Origin: Podarcis tiliguerta
Lineage: Eukaryota
DNA length: 64,000 nt
Strand: one strand, 5' to 3'
NCBI GenBank assembly: GCA_965153285.1
Contig: OZ229115.1
Shown: positions 39,680-51,949 of the stretch, piece after piece
Layout of the letters: the number at the start of each line of letters is the position of its first letter
How positions within the stretch are numbered: position 1 is the stretch's first letter
Translations under genes and position numbers: made by a program
Notes under the pieces: model-generated
Databases searched by the model: none
What the model was told of the DNA's origin: nothing
What the model saw: only the letters and a program-made list of their open reading frames with translations

Positions 39680-40130
39680 TTCACAGCTGCCTGCAGGATC
39701 GATTGGGTTTTAATTGTTTTTCCTGGGGTTTTGGAAGGAAGTGCCAGGGGCATTGATCAGCCCTTGACGAAGCCACTCACACTTGGGGCCTCACATAGGC
39801 TGTCACTTTGGTACAGGCAGACGGAAACGAAGGAGCTAAGAATGAGAGACAGAAAGCAAAACATGCCACTTGAGAAGGGGATGCTGCCCCAGTCTGCGCC
39901 GAGTAGAAAACAGGGAGGGGAGGCAGGAGCTGCGCGCGGAGATGTGTGACCAGTGAATTGTATTTGAAAATAAAGTTTTTAATTAAAATGGGCAATTCTG
40001 AGCCGCCTGCTGGCAGCGGCCAAGCAATCAGGAGACAGGAGCATGGCTGTTTAATATTTAAACACAACGTTTAATCTTTAAACAGGAAAGTTCTTCTTCT
40101 GACTGTTAAAGCCTCTATTAAAGCAGGATG
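39680..40130. promoter_or_regulatory. Candidate conserved non-coding element
   Basis: CpG cluster (ctgcgcgcgga, gccgcctgctggcagcggc) plus tttaattaaa, gtttaatatttaaac and gtttaatc motifs. TE-free. Confidence 0.4.
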
Positions 40131-42233
40131 GAAAGGGCTTCACAGCGGCTGCCACTGGGGCTTCCCAGACCATCTAAGGGGCAAGACAGATGAAAGGGGG
40201 AGATGTAAAAAGAAAGCGCTCTCTCCGGGTACACATCCCGTAACAGGAAATCCCATGTACTGTGAGTGGAGGAGAGACAGAGTCAAATAACCCAACTAAC
40301 TATTCATCATCCAGGCTTCAGAAAAGGACTGGGGCAGGGAGGCACAGACAGGAACAGGCACACCCCAGTACCTGTAGTTTGCTTAGTTTCACCCACAGCC
40401 ATTAATAATGAAAGGAATTTCAGCTTTAGAGAAATAGATCTCATGATTTTACTGCAAATTTCAAAATATACTAGATTTCTATATATTTCCTGGAGCCCTA
40501 TTTAAATTAATGCTACCAGCCCACAGTGGTATCAGGAAAGGCTTTAAAACATAAAAGGGAAAATAGTCTGGTCTGCCCTCCACTTGCACATGGGAGTGGA
40601 GAAGTGCAAGCACAACACGGGTCTCCCTTGATTCTATTTTTATTGTCATGTAAACACCTCCATTAATATTAGATTTTAACAGGACCTCTTTATTTTATGA
40701 ACTCATTTATCCATTGTACAATCCTATTAGGATGTAGCAGAGCCTCCAGGTTAGCTAAGGGGATATTTTCCTGGGTACAATACTCTCTCCAAAGGACACT
40801 TGTGACTACTGTACATTTGCATGCCACAGTTCTTTTATTCCTTCTTCCAAAGTGTGAGATTGTGCCCCCTGTCCAGAGATGGAGATGTTAGTTAATATGT
40901 TTGTGCACATGCCATCAGGAAAGTTCCTCTGCACAAATGGTAGGCATTGTCCAATATTTTCTCAACAGCTCTGGGAGGCAGCATAACCCCACCAAATGCA
41001 AACCAAGCCTTGCTATTAGTGAAAGCCCCATCATAGGGGCAGACACAGAGGAAAATTGAGGCACAGGAAGGATTCGGCACGCTACAAAATGAGTATCTGG
41101 GTTTGGCACCCAGCCCTTCATAAGACAGCCCAGCTGCAAATACATTTCAAACTGAATCTTATGTCCAGTGTGCCTTTTGACTTGCCTAAGAACAGGCATT
41201 TCATTTTCAATAGAAAACCTTTATTCATACCCACAACAGTGAGTGCATGTTATCTGCATTCTCCCCAAATCTTGTATGATGTTGACAAGACTTTACAAAA
41301 TACATATCTGCACATTTCAGGTATGCTTGCAATTTTCTTTACAAGTGACCTGTTAAGGATATAGTCTACTGCTCAAGCTATTTACAATATTTGAACAATT
41401 TGGACCCAATCCAGCAGGGCTGTTATCTGGGAGTGAGAGCTCAAATCTAACTTTCTGTGGTAAACTGGTAAAAAATGGGTGCAAGACAGACTAGGTGTCA
41501 TGACTCATGGAAATCATAGCCTTTTCACCACTCTTCCAAAAACAGCTAAGCATGTGATGTGGTAATTCTAATCCATGTGACAGCAAGAAAAAAAAAACCA
41601 GGAGTCAGACTGATTTATCCAAAATAAAAGAGCTCAAGATGCAAACAACATCAAATTCTCATCACCATTTAGTTGTCTAGCCCTCCCCACAACTTTGCAT
41701 CCTAGTACTACAGCTCCCTATCATCTCCATCACATTTCTAATCTGGACAGGGGGTCGATCCACATTTTCTCTCCCTTTGCCTTCTATAATGAAGTGCATT
41801 GTTGAATTTATTCAACACTCAGTTCAATGAAAGGTACCCAAAAGCAGCATGTCCTCTGTCCTATTGCAAAGGAGGGCAAGCACTCTCCCAACCACCATCA
41901 CACACAATACTTAGAGCACAGCATGACACAATCAAAGAGTTGGCTAATTAAAAGTGCATGTAAAGCAAACAGCTGCAAAAAATTAAGATCCCATATATGA
42001 AACAGATAGGCAACTTCCACTTTCTTGGGAAATTGCTAGCCAATATGTTTTGGAAGAAAATTCCTTCAAATCAGTCATAAACAAAATGTATCTATGCAGT
42101 CTTCTTCTCAAGAAGCTTAGAACTTCCAGTTGAGAAGAGGCCACATGGCAAACAACAGGACCTGCAAAGAGGAGCAAACTGGTTCCAAGGTCAGGTGCAG
42201 TAGCGGACTGCATGGTGGGACAATGGCACTCAC

Positions 42234-42266
42234 CTGACCACCCAACAGCTGGGTTGCTGCTGCTTA
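42234..42266 (-). other. ERI3: Candidate 33-nt alternative (poison) microexon of ERI3
   Basis: Minus strand: cctaacctaac (branch-point consensus), taccttgcctctcctctctccttcctag|TAAGCAGCAGCAACCCAGCTGTTGGGTGGTCAG|gtgagt. Near-consensus splice sites. The host intron is phase 0, so the first codon is TAA. Confidence 0.6.
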
Positions 42267-42611
42267 CTAGGAAGGAGAGAGGAGAGGCAAGGTAGTTAGG
42301 TTAGGTCCAGTCGCGGACGACTCTGGGAATGCGGCGCTCATCTCACTCTATAGGCCAAGGAAGCCGGCCAATAGCAACTATCATGCCATCTGCTACTGTT
42401 TTGGTGGTAATTTTTTCTTGGGAAATGCAGACACATACAAGGGTCTTTGAACACAGTCTCCAAGACCTTGCTCTGAACTAGAAACTGTATGCAAATGTGA
42501 TAATTGAGAAGAACAACTGAACATAGTACAAGGGGGAAAAACATGGAAGTAGTTCACTTTGCTGTGGTCTTAAATCTGAAAATGTATGGCTAGCACTGTG
42601 TTAGGGATATA

Positions 42612-42826
42612 CAGTGGTACCCCGCAAGACGAATGCCTCGCAAGACGGAAAACCCGCAAGCCTTTTAGCAGCTAATCCGCTAATCACTTAAGCCTTTAAT
42701 AGCCGTTTATAGCCCTTAAACTGCTAATAGCGCTAATCCGCTAATGGGCTTGCTTTGCAAGACGAAAAAACCGCAAGACGAAAAGACTCGCGGAACGGAT
42801 TCTTTTCGTCTTGCGAGGCACCACTG
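42612..42826. mobile_element. Tc1/mariner (Tigger-like) MITE, second family
   Basis: TA|cagtggtaccccgcaagacgaa ... ttcgtcttgcgaggcaccactg|TA. Internal cgcaagacg and ctaatccgctaat repeats. Confidence 0.9.
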
Positions 42827-44029
42827 TATTAGGTCACACCTCAATGGATGAGGATGGGCCAGGCTGGCCATCAGGCACTTGTTCAAACTTAGTGTTATGA
42901 AGTGGAAGCTTCATTGCAAAGACAAAGGATATGACATGAGCATTTAGATCATGCAAATGATTGTGGAAAGGTCTGTAGATTTTCCTTACAACTAATCTTC
43001 TTTGCTTAATGGCTCAAAAACAACCATTTAAGTAGTATCATCAACACAATGGCACAGGTCTTTTATTTTGACACGTGTATGTATATTTATTTATAAGATT
43101 TCTTACATGCCTTTCAACGTAAGGTCTTAGGAAAGGATACAACAACATAATACAATAAACATTTATAAAAACAGATCGAACTATTACAAATATAAAACAA
43201 GTAAAACATTCTGAATGGAAGAGAACAGCGTACATAAGAAATCAAGCAGCTAGAACACTTCAAAGATATGTGTACATTTTCACTTAAATGGTAATTACTT
43301 CATTTAATGCCCCTTATTCTAAATTTCTCACATCTTTCAAAGAGACTGATCCCAGGTTAGGACCCTTAAGGTTCTGCTCTTGTGAGAAACATTCCCTACT
43401 GCACAAACTGAAAAATCTGGTTGCAAACAAAGAAATGTCTTAAAAAGAATCAGCAGCCCAGAGGTTTGGTGTATGGGGCTCATCAATCCATTCTTCAATA
43501 AATAATGTAGCTAAGAAGGCACTAAGTACATCCAAGTAACAATTCCAATCATCAAGATTCCCATGTTCAGGTAACTCTGGGGCTGTATAATATAAGCCTT
43601 GCAACAAAGCCAGCTGAAAAGAAAATTCTACAATGCCCTCTCTGTCCACTCTCTAGGATGCTAGAAAACTTTGTACATAAACAAGATTTCTCACACAGCC
43701 TACCCATCTCAGTCAGAAAGGCATGTACAGCCTTCCATGCCCAGCTCTACATACACCAAGTATGTTCCTTTTTAAGCACTTTAAACAGAGGTGCTGCTAC
43801 ATTCACAACTATTCGAGTATTTTTAAATCACTTACAAAAGCAGGATTAAACTATCAGAAATTCCATTTAATAGGACAAATAAAGAAATAACAATAAACTC
43901 CATCAGACCCAGGAAGGCAGGTTTGATTTTAAAAAAAGGATCAGAAAAAAGGAAGAGAGGGATAAAAAAAAAAGGATAATGTGTGTTTACTCAAGCAAAG
44001 AAAAAAATATTTAAGTGATGTAGGAGAGA

Positions 44030-44880
44030 AGATTGCAGTAACTAGTGAAGAATAACATCGTCTGCTTTGCTGTCAAATCACACAAAAATTTCAGTAATAG
44101 ATTCTCATTCTGACACTCAATTCAATTCGAAGGTGATCCTGCTTTATCCCAACACATCAAATATTAAACACTCGTATTAGCCAGGGTGCTGTCGCCTTCC
44201 CCGGCTTAGAGACACGGCGTAGGAGGGGGAGGGAAAAAAGGGGGGGCCCTTCTTCCCTTCACTCACTATAATATTCTCAATGTTATCTAAACATGCCTTC
44301 ATACACTAGGCTCCTTATCAATTCTATTTGGGGGAGGGAGGGGTACTTAAAATGGTATTAGTTGTGGGGAGCTGTATTATTCTGATTTCCAAAAGCTTTT
44401 CAATTTTGTGTGGAAAAAGCTTAAGAGGAAGCTGGGAAGGGAGGGGAAAAGGGGGGTGGGGAAAAGAGCTGGAGCAGGAGAGCGAGAGAAAGTCTAAGAA
44501 AGGGAAAAAGCAGCCAGCAGCTCTCGTTTGACGGATGCCTTTCAACAAGGGCAGTCTAGCTTGTCAAAGCCCAGGCTGGAGATGAATTGGCATATCTATT
44601 CAGCCTGCCTCTGGATGTCATGCAATACAGTTTCATATTCCAAGATAAGGCATGATAAGCAATTGCTGCCCTGACACCAGCTCCATCCACCCCTTGCCTT
44701 CCTGAGCACATGAGTGTGAACCACATCCCTCCGCTCAGCTGCTAATAAGCGGCACTCTGCTATTTTCAAATGCCTAGGTAAAAAAAGTACCTGGAAACAT
44801 CCCAGAAACTCCCCAAACACACACAGAAACCCACAGCAAAACACTATTAAAACAGTTAATGTTTAATTACTTTCCTTCCA
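44030..44880. promoter_or_regulatory. Candidate conserved non-coding block with G-rich tract
   Basis: TE-free, retains CpGs, contains GATA sites (agataag, tgataag) and TGACA/TGTCA motifs, and a G4-capable tract at 44434-44461. Confidence 0.35.
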
Positions 44881-45510
44881 ATGTGCACTTCATGCTAAGC
44901 AGGCGTGGGGCACGCATGCAAAGCACTCAGAGTGGTACAGACACAGAACAGCAGGAATACCTTTGGGTGGAAATGCCTGCTGATTCAAGGGACAGGATTT
45001 GAGCAGAATTAGACCTGCCAGATTCAGAGCATGACCCAGCAGAAGTGGAAGGTTCAGGGGAACAGACAGAGGAGGAGGAGGTGGGCAGAAACAAGTACAC
45101 AGGCCAGCTAGAATCCCTAAAGCAGCTACTGTAAAGAGACAAAATGATGGCTGGGTCTTCCTCAGGTGGGGAAAGATACCAGCTGTCAATAGATATCAGA
45201 GCCTTTTCTTCTATGGCAAAACTAGACAAGATGGTGGGAGTTCCATGACTGTACCCTCCCATGCTTTGTTTTGTAAGCCTAAAAAGCATCCATGGGGAGG
45301 GGATTGGGGCCACAGCCCTTGAGGGAATGTTAAACTTCCCTCACACCATTCTAAATCCCCCTGAAGCTGCCATTTGCCCAAGTGGAAACACATAGGAGCC
45401 TGTACCAATTCCCCCACAGGGCACATATATCAATTGGGAGAATTTATATCCAGAAAGCAGCATGGGGGAGAAGGGGTTAATCCACCCTCCCACCTGTACT
45501 GTGGTAATTG

Positions 45511-45682
45511 CTGCATTTTCCTGTCTATAAGACGCCACCATGTATAAGACGCCCCCTATTTTGGGGACCCTGATTTAAGAAAATGGGGGGGGGGGGAGAT
45601 GTATCCGTGTATAAGACGCCCCCAAATTTTTGACATTATTTTTTTAGGGGGGAAACCTAGTCTTATACACAGAAAAATATGG
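45511..45682. mobile_element. Tc1/mariner (Tc2/pogo-like) MITE
   Basis: Degenerate TIRs ctgcattttcctgtctataagac ... gtcttatacacagaaaaatatgg|TA. Three tataagacgcc repeats. Confidence 0.8.
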
Positions 45683-46638
45683 TAATTGGATTAATTCTGT
45701 TGCCGGAAGAGCTCTGATAAAAGAGAGAGACTGTGTCTCCCATCAGAGGATGAGTGTTTCCACCTGCTATGCCACGCCATGCCATGCTGAAATTACCCAT
45801 TCTTATTGGTAAATATTATGTTCTCTTAATTTTCTTTTGATATCTTTTAAATTAATTGTTAATTGTTGAATTGTTAAGTGTTAGGATGTAGTGCTATATC
45901 TTTAAATACGCATTATGGTTGTTGTACTACTGTATTTAGACTGTCTATTTTCAGTGAACCACTTTCAGCAGAAACATCTGCAAAAACATGGTATATAAAT
46001 AAACTGATGGTGATTATTGGGGGAGGGGTGGAATCACTTGGTTGCTCTGATGGGGGGGGAGGCCTCAACATGAACAGGTGACTTTCCAAAGATGCATGAA
46101 TGGAACCACAAATATAGCCACTAAAGAGCATGGGGCTGCACGATGGCAATGCACCATTTAGAATTTAGAGATTTTTAAAAATATTAAGCAGTATATTAAT
46201 GCTTTAAAATAAATTAATAGATACAAACATGCCTCTCTCCTTCTACCTTCTAGGCTCAAAGAGCCAAGAGAAAGACAAAAACTTCCCACGGCCAGCTTCC
46301 ACAGCACAAGTCTATGTAGCCTGTGCTCTGCAGTTGTATGTGGGACTGTCATTGTTCCTCTTCCAATCATATAACCTGCAGTTTTACAGCTGGAAGGCAG
46401 AGATCTCAGAGTGTTACCTCCACAGCATAACCCTGCTTAAAAAAGAGGGACACTGGAGTGAGGTGGGACAAAAGGTGTAGAAAGAGATGGAGAACCACCC
46501 CATGCACCCTGAATTTACATGTCTTCCTGCATTGGTGGATCCAGCATTCTCTGTCACAGGGCATACCTGTCCCAGAGTACTGGGGTAAAAAAAAAAGTCT
46601 CTAAAACATATTGACCCAACATGTTAGACTAATACAGC

Positions 46639-46866
46639 CAGGGGCGTATGAAGTGGGGGGTGGAGGGGGCGATCCGCACAGAGTGCCACTCGGGGGGGGG
46701 GGGGACGACACAAGATGGCCCCTGCTTCCCTGCTTCCACCCAGCTGTAGAGCGGCCAAGGGCACGCACAGTCAGTATGGGCACTGCTCGCGCGGCGTCCA
46801 TATGGGATGCCGCGCGTGCCCCTCGGCATCCCGCCCCAGGTGCCAGAGAGGGTTCCTCCGCCACTG
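46639..46866. mobile_element. hAT-type non-autonomous DNA transposon
   Basis: Exact 8-bp TSD AATACAGC (46631-46638 and 46867-46874). Termini caggggcg ... cgccactg. GC/CpG-rich. Confidence 0.9.
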
Positions 46867-47809
46867 AATACAGCCACACCAGAAAGAAATGGAATCATCA
46901 GCAGCATCTATTTCATATGAAAGGCTGGGAAAAGGTATTATATAGAAAACGACAACTCACCACAGGTTGACTTGGTCACCCCTCAATATCCCCCTGTAGC
47001 ATTCCTAGTATCAAGTACTTAAAAATTATGAGTCATCCCTTCAACCCACTAACCATGCATAAAGAGGCTAATGGATTAATTAAGATTCTAAAATGCTTAA
47101 AAAGTCTTTATCTCTCTCCTGAGTTCTCGAGGCATGTTTTAAAACTTTTCTACATAGTGGGAGGTAGGGGATTGACTCCAGGGCTAAGACTTACCCATTT
47201 TTGAAAAAGAACAACAATATGTTGTTTGGGATTTAACCAAAATAATGTTCAGCATTGTCTTTTATCTGTTTTAAAAATAAAAATAAAAAGTGCCTACCTG
47301 GAAAATGCCAATTTTAATGTATATGTCATTAATTCAATTACCATATGTGCTATTAAAGTAAACAATTGCAGTATCTCAGAACAGCATATACTTTTAACAG
47401 CCTACAATTAAAGTGCTACATTAAAATATTAAGAACCCTGTCGGCCTGAGGGTGTAAATAGGCTCCATGGAATATTCTAAAAGTGCATTAGCCTGAGTTA
47501 CAGATTCTATTCACAATATGGGCTGCTTAAAAAGGGACACCCTGTCAAGTAATTTAGGCACTACCATGACGATACATCGGATCAAAACACACTCCAAAGA
47601 GAATTCTCTCTAGGTCTATGGGTTCTCAACAGTTCATTGGATTTGAATCATTCCTTATTAAGAGTTAGCCGACAATCTGGACTAATGCACTGAGTCTAAG
47701 AACTGGTTCAGGGCACTACAAAATATGTGAGTCTGGTTAGCGATCTAGAACACTGGTTACATTGCAATTTAATTGTTATTTGCAGAATCTAGCTTTCTAC
47801 AACAAAATA

Positions 47810-48036
47810 CAGTGGTACCTCGGGGTTACAGACGCTTCAGGTTACAGACTCCACTAACCCAGAAATAGTACCTCGGGTTAAGAACTTTGCTTCAGGATGA
47901 GAACAGAAATTGTGTGGCGGCGGCGCAGCGGCAGCGGAAGGCCCCATTAGCTAAAGTGGTACCTCAGGTTAAGAACAGTTTCAGGTTAAGAACAGACCTC
48001 GAGAACGAATTAAGTTCTTAACCCAAGGTACCACTG
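47810..48036. mobile_element. Tc1/mariner (Tigger/pogo-like) MITE, copy 2
   Basis: TA|cagtggtacctcggggtta ... taacccaaggtaccactg|TA. Same family as 15133-15355. Confidence 0.9.
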
Positions 48037-48971
48037 TATTGTGCTTTTGTCTACATCACAACAACACCTGCTTTCTTCTTCATCATCATAATCATTGTAA
48101 ACACAAATTTAAAATCATTTATAACTGCAGAGAAACATGTTATAACACATCACCACTTTTTGTTAAGAGTTCTTAAAGCACAACAGAATCTGGGCACACT
48201 TGCCTGTCCCTCCCTATTAATCCATGTGGCTACATGCATTTTCTTCTATTTTCTTTTATACCCTCCCCCTCCCCTGCACAAGATCTCTAGTTGCCAAATA
48301 ATTTCAAATTATGGAAAAAAAGCTGTAATCTGAAAAAGAGAAATTGGTGTCAGTTTTCTTGGCCTGGGTAGGATACCTTCTGGCCAATGTGCTTCTGTGG
48401 GTATATGTTTGGAGACATACATGTCAAATTCTCTCTTCACATCATCATCTTCTTTAACCCGGCACTGAATGGATGGCAAGTGTGCACTTTCAGAGTGTAC
48501 ATTAGCTAAAAAACTGGAACTTTAGGGAGGAAGGTTCACTATAGCCCAAATACTGATGCGCTAGGTTACTACATGCAGGGAGGTTTTTACATGGGAAAGC
48601 ATTAAAAAATGTTCCCCTATCTGTAGCCTGGTGGCATTCCAGACTCTACTACCTCATTCTGTGTAAAGTGTAGAATTGTTTTAAACTGAGCATGTACTCT
48701 GCCACAGGACCGAATGCCACTGAAATACCACCAGTAGTGCAGGGTCAACAATTCAACACCAAAGTTTTCACTATGATTTAGCAAGGCATATGAATATCAG
48801 TAGACGTATCACCTAAAACAGCATCTCATTCTGGCTGCAATTCACCTTGGTTCAAAAGAAGAATCCAATGCTTGTGTTGTTAAGACTGCAATATTATGTG
48901 CTAGCCTTTGATTCTGGTACTTCAGCATCCATGCCTCAGCTACTGTTGTGCACCCAAGGGATGGTCAGAAG

Positions 48972-49103
48972 GTACATAAGGCCACCAACATGGTGAAGCT
49001 AAGGAAACCTTGTCTACATAGCTGACCATTTGGAAACCATGTTAGTTTCCTTGAGTTTCTTGATAAAAAATAGGCAGGTTATAATTGTGAGAAAAAATAA
49101 AAT
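48972..49103 (+). mobile_element. Degraded copy of a 5S-rRNA-derived SINE
   Basis: ggccaccaacatggtgaagctaag...ggaaaccatg...ttccttgagtttc...aggcaggttataatt...aaaataaaat. Collinear with 51950-52086. Confidence 0.4.
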
Positions 49104-49489
49104 ACCCTGGCTAGCCCTAAGTACAGCAAGTTGTACCTCATTTACATATGCACACATATTTAATATTCAATATGTTTGTGTTATAAAGTTTAATAGTTAG
49201 TAGAAAAATCCAGGAACCTGGAATCTGTAGTATGTCCAGGGTTATAAATTAAACGTGATTCCTAACATTGAGTGCAAATTATAATTAACAGGGAGGTGAG
49301 GGGGCACACACACACCTCATAATATAGACTAAGAAAGATTATTTGATACTAGTGGGTGCTGCTTGATATAAAAACGCATGAAAGAAACAAAGGACAGAGA
49401 CCTGAGAAACCAAGCCCATGCTGTCAACAGTCACTAAACAAGAATACTTCCATGCCAATTGCTTTCATTCCACTGTTGCTGCAGTCATA

Positions 49490-49581
49490 GTCTGTAAAGT
49501 AGAATAAACTCAAGTTCATGAAAGGTTACACCATAATCCATTAGTCTTAAAGGTGCCACAAGCCTCTTAAGCCTCTTTTGC
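49490..49581 (+). mobile_element. Penelope-like terminal fragment
   Basis: catgaaaggtta...ttagtcttaaaggtgccacaag. A second piece with the same 17-mer lies at 49942-50003. Confidence 0.5.
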
Positions 49582-49593
49582 ATGTAATTAGTC

Positions 49594-49792
49594 AAACTAT
49601 GGCTTAAATGTCGCCACACTACTTTGGGTTAACACTATGTCCAAGACTGGGTTCATGGTATGTCTTGCTCCAAACAAACAATGAGCTGCAGCCAAGGTTT
49701 GTTCCTGGCTTACAGTACGCAGTTCATTTGGAATGAGACATACCACAACCTGGGGTTCAGGCGCAATGCTAAGCCAAACCATGGCTTAGCTC
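49594..49792. mobile_element. Degenerate palindromic MITE (possibly PIF/Harbinger-like)
   Basis: Nested inverted pairs ggtatgtct/agacatacc, tccaaa/tttgga, agcca/tggct, and aaactatggctta/taagccaaaccatggcttag. Confidence 0.5.
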
Positions 49793-50099
49793 TTAGGAGC
49801 AGCAGAGGAGTGAGGCAGGTACAATTTTCTCACTGTGGAGCAGCAGCACTGTAATTCCCTTACGTTTTCCAGGCCTGCCTCTGGTTTTGTTTCTCAAGAA
49901 GGAAACTGGTCAGCCGGAGATTGATCTCTTTCATTACACGCATGAAGGGAAGTCTGGTCCCCAAAATCTGTTACTCCTTAAAGGTGCCACAAGATTCTTT
50001 GTCCCCTTCACAATTTAAACCTGATACTTCCCTTCCCTCAGCATGCACACACATTTCCACTTAATCTGTGTTAAGACGGGGGTCACCATTTAAAACACT

Positions 50100-50560
50100 G
50101 AGCTCTCAAGCCAAGTTCTATTTTATACCACACACGCAGAGGCAAATACGTACACATACACACACTTTCTAATTTCCATGCAAGAGGGAAGCAGGTGCCC
50201 ACATTCCCGTAAGCACTCCCATCTCTCATTTCCCCCCCTGCCTCCGCCACCCTCCTTGGATCCTGCCCCATTAGTTTAGTGCCCAGCCATCTGCGACGTC
50301 TCCTGTAATGCTCTCCCCCCTGTGTATCAGGGAGCTTTTCCATTAGCGCCTTTAATATTCTGACACCTTAGCACAGGCTGCTATTACATTCAAACACGGA
50401 TCGCCCTGTGAAATTACATTGCCAGGCTTGCTAAAATGGAATTGGGTATAATCAGGCTGCTCCATGCGCTGTCAGTCCCATCACAAATACAACGCAAAGC
50501 AGGCTTATGGATGGGCTTAGCAGCTGCTACAAGTGTATTTTTTTAATAGATGAAGTATCC
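50100..50560. promoter_or_regulatory. Candidate conserved non-coding element
   Basis: TE-free, retains CpGs, with ccattagttt, ccattagcg, tttaatattctgaca, gaaattacattg and ataatcag motifs. Confidence 0.35.
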
Positions 50561-51949
50561 CTTATTTAAAAGCATTTCCTTAAGAAGAAGGGGGAACGCA
50601 CACATACACACGGTGGAAAGACAAATCAAAAGCTGCGTCACTGTGTTACCAATACCTCAGGTCTCTTAAAAAACTGTTATTTACTACGGGGCTATCTGTT
50701 TATCTATAACTATATCACATACACAGCGAGGAGGAGGGAGAGATAAAGGTAGTTAAACAGACAGCCAGTGAGATATGTGCCACCAGGAATTAATAGCTAA
50801 ATAAAAAGCCCCATTATTTACTCCAAGGAGGAGGGAGTCTGGGGCGATCTCACAGGTGTCTTGCTCAGATGCTAACATACAATGTGGTGTTTCTTTACAA
50901 GAATCTGGTTTGTAAAGACCAGTGCATACTGCCTGCTAATAGTACTACTGCACCTTTGCATGTGTCATCAGGGCACACATAAGTAGATTTACCAAAAACA
51001 TCCCAGAATTGTTTATTCATGAAAAAGCATTCCATGTAGTTCAGGAAGAAGCTTAGAGAAGGATAGCACTGTATCTTTGGGGTTATGGGAAGAATAAAGG
51101 ATATTCAGATTGTGGGTGGCTAGGCAGAGTATCAGCCTTAAGTACTGGATACAAGAGCCCAAGGTAGAGAATAACTTCCTGCAAATTCAACAGGTAAATT
51201 TCCACCATCGTAAAAACAATTAACCGGGAAATCACTAGTGCCTCGAGCAATTTGGTGATCATTTGTCCATGACTGCTAGTTAAATGTTAGAATTCATAGA
51301 ATAACAGTTCTCTCATTGTCAAGGACATTAAAATTAAACTAAAGCTATGGAAGACCAATGAGACCCAGCACAAATACATCATAGTGAATCCAGACAAGAG
51401 CCCATCGCCTAAGGCAGCGACACAGCCAATTGATGGCCATAGACATGATGCTATCAGGCTCCTTCAACCCATTACCATCCCATGCTATCAGGCTCCTCCA
51501 ACCCATCTTGACTGCTCTACTAGGCCTGGAGTGCGAAAGAGGGAAATCCAAAGGGAAAAGTGGCTTGGTTGCTTCTTCCATCATATGTGATCACTACTCC
51601 AAGAGCCCTATTAATAGCAAGGCTCACAGGAAAGGGAAGAATAGAGGCACCTCTGCCTGTATGGAAGCTAGAATAGGATCCCTTGTTCTTGGATCATCTC
51701 TCCACTGTACACTAAATCTAGCAATTCTGTTATAGAAGTGGGAAAGGCTGGTTCTCCAAACAACTTTGTTGTGGTGGGTTCAGCCCCCAGAAGTTTGCCA
51801 CCCCAGTTTCAGATTCTAAGGTTGAAGGTATTCCTGGGACCATCTTTTCTAACTGGTATGCCTAAGATACCACAGTTACAGAACACTAAGTCCCACTGTA
51901 TACATTGCTCTCTCTCCACACAAGTAAAGGTATTACCGTACTTGAAGGC

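Noticed and set aside
42612-42826. Repeated cgcaagacg units resembling a repeat-spacer array
   Set aside because: Internal sub-terminal repeats of a Tigger-like MITE with TIRs and TA TSD. Vertebrate DNA, not CRISPR.
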